Source: an uncultured Chloroflexia bacterium (lineage in GTDB: Bacteria; Chloroflexota; Limnocylindria; Limnocylindrales; CSP1-4). Taken from it: a DNA stretch of 64,000 nt. Numbering within the stretch: the first letter of the stretch is position 1; the number at the start of each line of letters is the position of its first letter. Of the stretch, positions 57,989 to 64,000 are shown piece by piece. Below the pieces are notes generated by a model, which was not told where the DNA came from, did not search any database, and saw only the letters and a program-made list of their open reading frames with translations. Made by a program: the position numbers and the translations under genes. The stretch lies in assembly GCA_963813335.1 (NCBI GenBank), contig CAWEYL010000003.1, forward strand, positions 574,372-638,371, in the 5' to 3' direction.

Positions 57989-58489
57989 TCAGAGAGCGCA
58001 GTTCTTGGAGACCCATACCGCGGTCGTCCCGATGTCCTTGGCGTTTCCGGCCATGCCATCGGTGATCGCTTTCTGTAGGGCAGCTTCGTCGACGGCCCCG
58101 CCGGCAGCGGCCTTCCCGATGTTGTCCATGACGTCGGCATAGGTGTTGGCGGCCTGTGCGATCTCTGCCGGTGCGTACTTCCGCATGTCAGCCGCAGCGG
58201 CCTGGAACTGTGCGCCCATGGTCGCGATATCGCCTGTCGGGTTATCGTTGAGCGCCTGGAGCTCCTTGAACGCGCCGCAGAAGTCGGTGGCGGTGCCTCC
58301 GGCGACCGGCGCCGAGGTCGATCCCTCGCTCGGTGCCGTCGATGCTTCGATCGACGAAGTCGGTTCCGATGCTGGCTGCGATGCCGTCGCCGCGGGTGGC
58401 CCACCGGATGGCCCTGAGCTCGCCGTCGACGAGCAGCCAGCCAGGGTAACCACGACCAGAAGCGAGAGCTGAGCGATGAGGCGCTTCAT
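57989..58489 (-). CDS. Lipoprotein, Ser/Thr linker plus small disulfide helical domain
   Basis: MKRLI...LAGC lipobox; DFC...NC; AAGGAG RBS. Confidence 0.8.
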   Translation of the reverse strand: MKRLIAQLSLLVVVTLAGCSSTASSGPSGGPPAATASQPASEPTSSIEASTAPSEGSTSAPVAGGTATDFCGAFKELQALNDNPTGDIATMGAQFQAAAADMRKYAPAEIAQAANTYADVMDNIGKAAAGGAVDEAALQKAITDGMAGNAKDIGTTAVWVSKNCAL

Positions 58490-58771
58490 GCCGAGTCTCC
58501 TTCGGGAATGCGGGACGGACTTGCCCCCGTGCGCCAGCCCGCCGCTGAGGCTGCAAGTATGGGCGTTGGCGGGCTTCCTGTCCGATCGTCGGTCGGGCAG
58601 GCTCGCGCGCCCTCCCCGACCAGTTTGCCCGGTGCGATGCCGCACCGCGGCCGATGGTCTTGGTCCTTGCATCGGCCCGCTGGACGGCCACACTGGTCCG
58701 ACGCGGCCGCCCTGGCCCAAACGACGCCGATCTCCCGTCCGCCACCGTCGCCGCGCAAGGAGGCCCGTCGA

Positions 58772-59344
58772 ATGCGCTTGATCCGTCCACCATGGCGCGG
58801 CCCGCGGGCCGTCTTCGTCACCCTCGTCGGAGTCGTCGCACTGTTCGTGGCCGCTGTCGCACCGGTGACCGTCGGAGCGGCAGCCACCGCACAGCCCGCT
58901 GCGCCTGTTGCGGCCGCGCCCCTCGCGCTCCCGACGACCACGGTGCACGGCGGGGGCTTCCAGCTCCACAGTGTCATGGATCCGAACTTCTGCGCCGAGG
59001 TCGGTGGCGGCGCGGCCGACCTGCGATCCGTGACCCTGGAGCCATGCGTCGCAGCCTCCGCACAGCGCTGGACATTCTCGTGGCTGGCGACCGGCCTCAA
59101 CCAGATGATCGAGACCCAGGGGATGTGCGTTGACGTGAGCGGCAGAAAGCCTGGCGACGGCGTCGCGGTCGCGGTCACCTACTGCAAGAACACCAAAGCG
59201 GAGAAGCTGACCTTCAGCCTGACCGGGCAGATCGAGTTCGCAAAGGGCTGCCTCTCGTTCCCCCGGAACGCCGCGGGCGCCGCGGTCTTCCTCGAGGCGT
59301 GCGATAGCATGAACAACAGGCAGTTCTGGAAGCTCTCCCAATAG
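58772..59344 (+). CDS. Secreted ricin-type beta-trefoil lectin
   Basis: Signal peptide; CxxV..C..QRW, CVDV, CL..C..QFW repeats; AAGGAGG RBS. Confidence 0.85.
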   Translation: MRLIRPPWRGPRAVFVTLVGVVALFVAAVAPVTVGAAATAQPAAPVAAAPLALPTTTVHGGGFQLHSVMDPNFCAEVGGGAADLRSVTLEPCVAASAQRWTFSWLATGLNQMIETQGMCVDVSGRKPGDGVAVAVTYCKNTKAEKLTFSLTGQIEFAKGCLSFPRNAAGAAVFLEACDSMNNRQFWKLSQ

Positions 59345-59536
59345 CGGTGGCCCGCGGATCGTGACGAATGTCGTCACGGACGGTCCCGGCACGACTCCGG
59401 CGGGCCGCTGCCAACCTTTTCGGTGGCGGGCCCCCGTGTCACGCGAAAGGGGGAATCGATGCGTGGACTGGCAAGAATCGTCGCCGACCGCCGTCCTTTC
59501 GGTGCCGTGAGCCCGCGACCAAGCTGGCCAAGCGAC

Positions 59537-60103
59537 ATGGAGATCCCTCAGCTGAATCGTCCCCGCGCCACCAAGACCTTCCTTCGGAGCACATTTCTCG
59601 TGCTCGGTCTCCTCGTGCCCGTCGGGTGCTCCGGCGCGGCCACCGGAACCCCCACGAATACCGATCCCGGCAGCGTGTCGGGGCCTGCGACCGTGAATCC
59701 CCAGGCGACCCCACCTGCCGGGACATCCCCACAGGCAGGCGCCCCCCTGCCTGCCGACCCGTGCGCGCCGACCGCCGCCGCCATCAAGTCGGTCGGCTGG
59801 TCGGTCATCAAGGCTGTGGCCGGCCCTGGCCCCGGCGGACCCAACACGCAATGCACCTTCCAGGCCGACCGCGGTGGGAACAGCTCCGACAACGGCTGGG
59901 TGGCGTACATTCCCGCGTCGCAGATGTCGGGCGAGTACCACGAGCCAGAAGCGATCACAGGCGTCGGGGTCGAGGCGTTCCGGGGTTCGCCCCAGAGCGG
60001 CGAGATCCTGGCCACAGGCGCCAGTCCTGGGTTCCGGCTGTTCGTGGCGAGCGGCGACGAGGACGCCCTCAAGTTCGCGCAGGCGCTCGTGAGCGGGAAT
60101 TGA
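59537..60103 (+). CDS. Putative lipoprotein
   Basis: Hydrophobic segment ending PVGC, Pro/Thr linker, DPC...QCTF. Confidence 0.65.
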   Translation: MEIPQLNRPRATKTFLRSTFLVLGLLVPVGCSGAATGTPTNTDPGSVSGPATVNPQATPPAGTSPQAGAPLPADPCAPTAAAIKSVGWSVIKAVAGPGPGGPNTQCTFQADRGGNSSDNGWVAYIPASQMSGEYHEPEAITGVGVEAFRGSPQSGEILATGASPGFRLFVASGDEDALKFAQALVSGN

Positions 60104-60336
60104 GCGTGGGCGGCAGGAACCAGGGGGGTTCCTCTCCTCGCAGGTGTCAGCCGCATGACGACCCCTCATGCCCGGCCGGAGCTGGCACATGGCGGCCGCA
60201 TCGATCGTCGCGATCGTCGCCACGCTGATCGCGGGTCTGCCGCCCGCGCTGGCGGACGGTGACGCGGGCCGATGACGCACAACCCATTCGCGGAAGGCGG
60301 CCATTCCCTGGGCCTCGGGCCGGCGAGGCAACCGGC

Positions 60337-63300
60337 CTAGGCGCAGGAGCCGCCGGCGAGCATCCCGGCCATCATCAGGAGCACGGCGACGATCGACCGA
60401 CCGGCCAGGCCCCCGATGTCGGCCGCCGCCAGACCGGCGGCGTAGGACGCGGCGTTAAAGATGTCCTGCTTGATGTTCGGGGCGGCGGTGAAGGAGCCGA
60501 GGGCCGCAGTTCCGGCGCCATAGACGTCCGCCCCGACGCACGCGTACTGCGGGATCACGCCCGGCGTCGCGATGCACAACGTCGAGATCATCGCGATCGA
60601 CGTCGTGATGAAGGCTGCGAGATCGTCGGCACCCTCCGGCTGGAGGCACTTGCTGTAATCCTTGCCGGCCCCGCGACCGTCGGCGCCGACCGCGGTCAAC
60701 GATCCCGTCGCAGGATCGACGAGCCACGCGGCCACGACATCGCCGGACGTCGGCACAAGCCGGTGGAAGTTCCAGTACTTGGTCGCGAGTGGCGAGAGAC
60801 TCGCCTTGCGGTCCGCCGCGAGGGCCGTCGAATCGATGGTCGCCAACGCCGGGATCAGGGTGAGGGCGAGCCCGTCGAGCTGATCGGCGGCACTCGCGGG
60901 GAAGAGCAGGGATTCGCGAACGCTCGCGCCGACCGATCGGCGCGCCGCGGCATCGAACGCGGCCATCCCGTCCGGGCCTACGCCGACCCAATCGTCGAGA
61001 CTCGGGACGATATCGGAGAGGTGGACGAGGTCCGTCGCCGTGACCGCTTCGGTCAGGATCGAGACTGAGAGCCCGACCGGTGTCGCGTCGATCGCGGGCT
61101 CGCGGCCGGCGACCGGTTCCGACATCGCCGCGAGGATGCCCGGGAACCGCCGCCAGCCCGTGGAGGCGGCGGCGATCGCCGCCGGGCCATCGGCCCATAC
61201 CTTGTCGAGCGGTTCGAATGTCAGCGCCGCCCCGATCAGGTCGTCGAGGAGTCGTGCGGTCGTGGTCCCGGGTTCGAAGCGGATCGTCTGGATCGCATCG
61301 AGCGCGGCGGTCGCCTCGGCGATCGCGGTGGCGTCGGCCGTCTCGTTCGGGACGTCACGGTCCGACGCCGGGACCCCGCCGAGTCGCCGGCGCATGACGC
61401 GGTCGCCGACGGTGACGGTGACGTAGACACCCGCGACGCCGGACGGCGCCGAACGGTCCGCAGGGGCGGGGACGTCGTACGCCAGCGTCGCCGGGCTCGC
61501 GGTCGACCCAGCGATGCCCACGCTCACGTCCCTCGACGTCGGGCCATCGGTCGGGGCCACGTACCGCAGCCGGTAGCCCGTCGAGGCGGCGGTCGCGACC
61601 CGGTCGGCGACGAACCCGCTGAGTCGCTCGGCGAGGTCGCTCGCCTTCGGGTCGAGGCGTTGGCCATGCGTGTCGGCCAGGATCGCCTCGGTCGCCGCCT
61701 TGTCAACCGACCCGACGGGGAGCACGGCGATAGGAACCCCCGCGCCACGGACCTGCCGGCGCAGGCCCGGGATCTGCTCCGGGAAGTCGCTCGCGACGTT
61801 GTCGCTGACGAGGATCACCGCCGAGGCCCCGGACGCCGGCACGGCCTGTCCGAGCGTGGTCCAGATGTCGGACGTCGAAGCCGCGCCGCCTGCGAATGCC
61901 GCCGTGAGGGCCGCCGCCTCAGGGGCCGCCCACCCGTCGTCGCTGGACGCCCCGCCGACCCCGATCACCTGGGTGGTGAACGGATGCCCGACGGCCGCTG
62001 TCGTGAGCGCGGTCGCGATCTTCGATTCGAAGGCGGCCCGGGCCTTCGCCGAGGGCCAGGAGCCGATCACGCTGCTGCTCGAGTCGTAGATGACGAGGAT
62101 CCGGATCGACGTCGGGGCGCTGTTGCCGATGAGTGTCACGGTTCGGGGCTGCCCGTCATCGGTAACTTCGAACGCCGATGCGGGCAGGCCGTCGATCGGC
62201 CGTCCATCGACGTCTCGCACGCTGACGGCGAGATCGACCGTCGGGAAGGTCGCGATCGACGCGGCCGCGGCGATCGTGGTCACCGTCGCGACGGTGGCTC
62301 CAGATGGCGGTGCCGCGAGGATCGGTCCAAGCGGGCCATCGAGTGCTCCGGATCCGTCCGACGCGGGCGTGACGAGCCCGCCGGCCAGGCTGATCGCGGT
62401 GCCGCCGACGATCTGGATCGTGCCGTCATCCGCATCGATCGCCTCGAGCCGCAGGACCGGCTGGCGCACGGGCACCTCGCTCCGCCGTCGCTGGAGCGTC
62501 TCGAGCGGGCTCCCCGGGACCCCGAACGCGAGCGTGAGATGACGCGCGGCCAGCTGGTCCGCCGGCCACGTCCCTCGCAGCACCTCGTGGAGCACCGTTC
62601 GATCAACTGTCGCGCCACGCGGCGGGTTAAACGCGACCTGGACACTTACGGTCACCTGTGGCATCACGGCCGCCGAGGCCGACACCATGCCGTTGGGCGC
62701 CGTGGTCAGGAGCGCTGTCCCGCCGACGGCAGTCGCCCATCGGGCGTCGGCGCCGTCGCCGAACGCCACGACCGGGATGCGGTCGGGCAGACCCGGGGCG
62801 ATCGTCTGAGCCGTCCGGAGCTCCGGCGGGAGAGCGGCGAGGACGGCCGAAGCGGCTCGGGCCGCCGCGGTCGGGGCGTCGTCCGGACCGTCGGTCAACC
62901 TCGGATGCCCGGCGTCGACGGTGTCCCACAGGGCCGCGAGTGCGCCGAGGTCTGGAGTGAAGGCCACCGGCTTGGCACCGCCGAACGCGAAGTCCGCCGG
63001 TCGATCCATCGAAAGCACCGTGCCGGTCACGCCCATGGTCCCGAGGAGCTCGACGAGGAGGTCGGCGCGCTCCCGCAGCGTGCCGCGACCCGAGGCGAGT
63101 GTCCCGCGCGCGCCCCAGCGCGCCTCTGTCAGCGGGTCGCCGGATCTCTGGCTCCCTGGCAGGATGGCGATGTGATCGCGGACGAATGACACGACCGCCG
63201 CAGGGTCGCCGGTCGCGACCGCCGCCGCGGCAAGCGTCGCGAGGTGATCCGGGCTCGCCCGGACGATGGCCCGGAGTCGTCGAAGGGCATCGAATGCGTC

Positions 63301-63471
63301 GGCCGGTGGCCCGGTCTGCGCCGGGCTCGCAGTCGCCGTCGGCGCGAATGTGCCGTTCACGGGTGGCTCCGGCGGGGCGGGCAGACAGCCGGCTGCGACG
63401 GCGCACCCGACGAGGGCAAGGAACGCCCGCCGATCGATCCGCGGACCGAACCAGATGCCGTCGATAGCCAT
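60337..63471 (-). CDS. Large Tat-type lipoprotein with VWA-like domain and hydrophobic Cys/Gly-rich C-terminus
   Basis: DRRAFL..AAGC signal; YDSSSS MIDAS-like motif; GL...FEVTDDG pre-VWA segment. Confidence 0.7.
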   Translation of the reverse strand: MAIDGIWFGPRIDRRAFLALVGCAVAAGCLPAPPEPPVNGTFAPTATASPAQTGPPADAFDALRRLRAIVRASPDHLATLAAAAVATGDPAAVVSFVRDHIAILPGSQRSGDPLTEARWGARGTLASGRGTLRERADLLVELLGTMGVTGTVLSMDRPADFAFGGAKPVAFTPDLGALAALWDTVDAGHPRLTDGPDDAPTAAARAASAVLAALPPELRTAQTIAPGLPDRIPVVAFGDGADARWATAVGGTALLTTAPNGMVSASAAVMPQVTVSVQVAFNPPRGATVDRTVLHEVLRGTWPADQLAARHLTLAFGVPGSPLETLQRRRSEVPVRQPVLRLEAIDADDGTIQIVGGTAISLAGGLVTPASDGSGALDGPLGPILAAPPSGATVATVTTIAAAASIATFPTVDLAVSVRDVDGRPIDGLPASAFEVTDDGQPRTVTLIGNSAPTSIRILVIYDSSSSVIGSWPSAKARAAFESKIATALTTAAVGHPFTTQVIGVGGASSDDGWAAPEAAALTAAFAGGAASTSDIWTTLGQAVPASGASAVILVSDNVASDFPEQIPGLRRQVRGAGVPIAVLPVGSVDKAATEAILADTHGQRLDPKASDLAERLSGFVADRVATAASTGYRLRYVAPTDGPTSRDVSVGIAGSTASPATLAYDVPAPADRSAPSGVAGVYVTVTVGDRVMRRRLGGVPASDRDVPNETADATAIAEATAALDAIQTIRFEPGTTTARLLDDLIGAALTFEPLDKVWADGPAAIAAASTGWRRFPGILAAMSEPVAGREPAIDATPVGLSVSILTEAVTATDLVHLSDIVPSLDDWVGVGPDGMAAFDAAARRSVGASVRESLLFPASAADQLDGLALTLIPALATIDSTALAADRKASLSPLATKYWNFHRLVPTSGDVVAAWLVDPATGSLTAVGADGRGAGKDYSKCLQPEGADDLAAFITTSIAMISTLCIATPGVIPQYACVGADVYGAGTAALGSFTAAPNIKQDIFNAASYAAGLAAADIGGLAGRSIVAVLLMMAGMLAGGSCA

Positions 63472-63572
63472 CGGATCGATGGTAGCGCCCGGAAGCGTTC
63501 GCCTCCGATCCGATCCTGTCAATGATCCACTCCGATGCCCGGGCGTGATCAGCCGCAAATCGCCTCCATACG

Positions 63573-63845
63573 CTATCCGATCAGCGACGCGCCTCTTCGG
63601 CTCCCTCGATCGGAATCACCTTTGAATCCCGAGTGGGTACCCCCACGTCTGACTCCTGTCGGGCGCGCCACGGCAACCCTTTCGGGCAGCGCCAGCGCCA
63701 AACCGTGCGCGTGGGCCGCCGCGGTCAGCCAGACACCGACGATTTCGGGGACAGCGACGGTGATCCGCTCGTAGATGGCGTGCATCAGGTCTGCCTTCTC
63801 CTCCGGTGCGTCTGCGGTCTGGAAGGACTCGCCCAGAGTGCGCTG
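63573..63845 (-). pseudogene. Putative integrase C-terminal remnant spanning the att core
   Basis: EEKADLMHAIYERITVAVPEIVGVWLTAAAHAHGLALALPERVAVARPTG; homologous to the remnants at 48.8 and 55.5 kb. Confidence 0.6.
63654..63670 (+). repeat. att-like direct repeat of the tRNA-Arg 3' end
   Basis: TCCTGTCGGGCGCGCCA identical to 48740-48756. Confidence 0.85.
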
Positions 63846-64000
63846 CCTTTCAGCTGTCGCCCGCAGATGCTTTCGAGGTGGCCGCCGAGCAGGTCGACCC
63901 GATTCCAGTTCTTCGGCCCCCGCCGCGAGTCTTGGAGCGCCGCGCCTCCTCCACGCGGGCCAGAGCTTGTCCGAGACGACACCCCAAACCCTGCAGCGGG

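Larger units (their letters stand above)
48741..64000. mobile_element. Tandem integrated elements (genomic island array) at tRNA-Arg(CCG)
   Basis: tRNA 3' end repeated at 55497, 57478 and 63654; gene remnants at junctions; visibly more A/T than the flanking DNA. Confidence 0.8.

Noticed and set aside
48727-63670. CRISPR-like reading of the recurring CCTGTCGGGCGCGCCA repeat
   Set aside because: Spacing is kilobases and irregular, the repeat is the tRNA 3' end, and no cas genes are present

Overview
Very GC-rich bacterial DNA. The gene repertoire suggests a soil Chloroflexota-like organism, but that is inference only. About a dozen isolated frameshifts in otherwise intact genes look like assembly indels. 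Positions 1-48.6 kb are mostly core or accessory metabolism and regulation: a GAF/2xGGDEF/EAL protein, pabB/pabC-like genes, rhodanese, CtpA, a SipW/TasA-like pair, KamA, MMPL plus an AttH-like lipoprotein, a Fur-ZIP-ferric reductase-ApbE cluster, a two-component pair, SdpR/SdpI/ABC, CapA, tRNA-Asp, cyclophilins and a LuxR-ATPase. From tRNA-Arg(CCG) at 48.7 kb to the window end lies a tandem array of integrated cargo segments, separated by three more copies of the tRNA 3' end. Three of the four junctions sit inside a decayed copy of the same antisense protein C-terminus, probably an integrase tail. The best leads are: (1) this tRNA-anchored array with att-in-integrase tail swapping; (2) a candidate flavinylation/reductive metal-uptake system whose probable ApbE substrate is a membrane-anchored helical protein ending in TTGASG; (3) a promoter- and terminator-bounded ~140-170 nt structured RNA at 44.0 kb.
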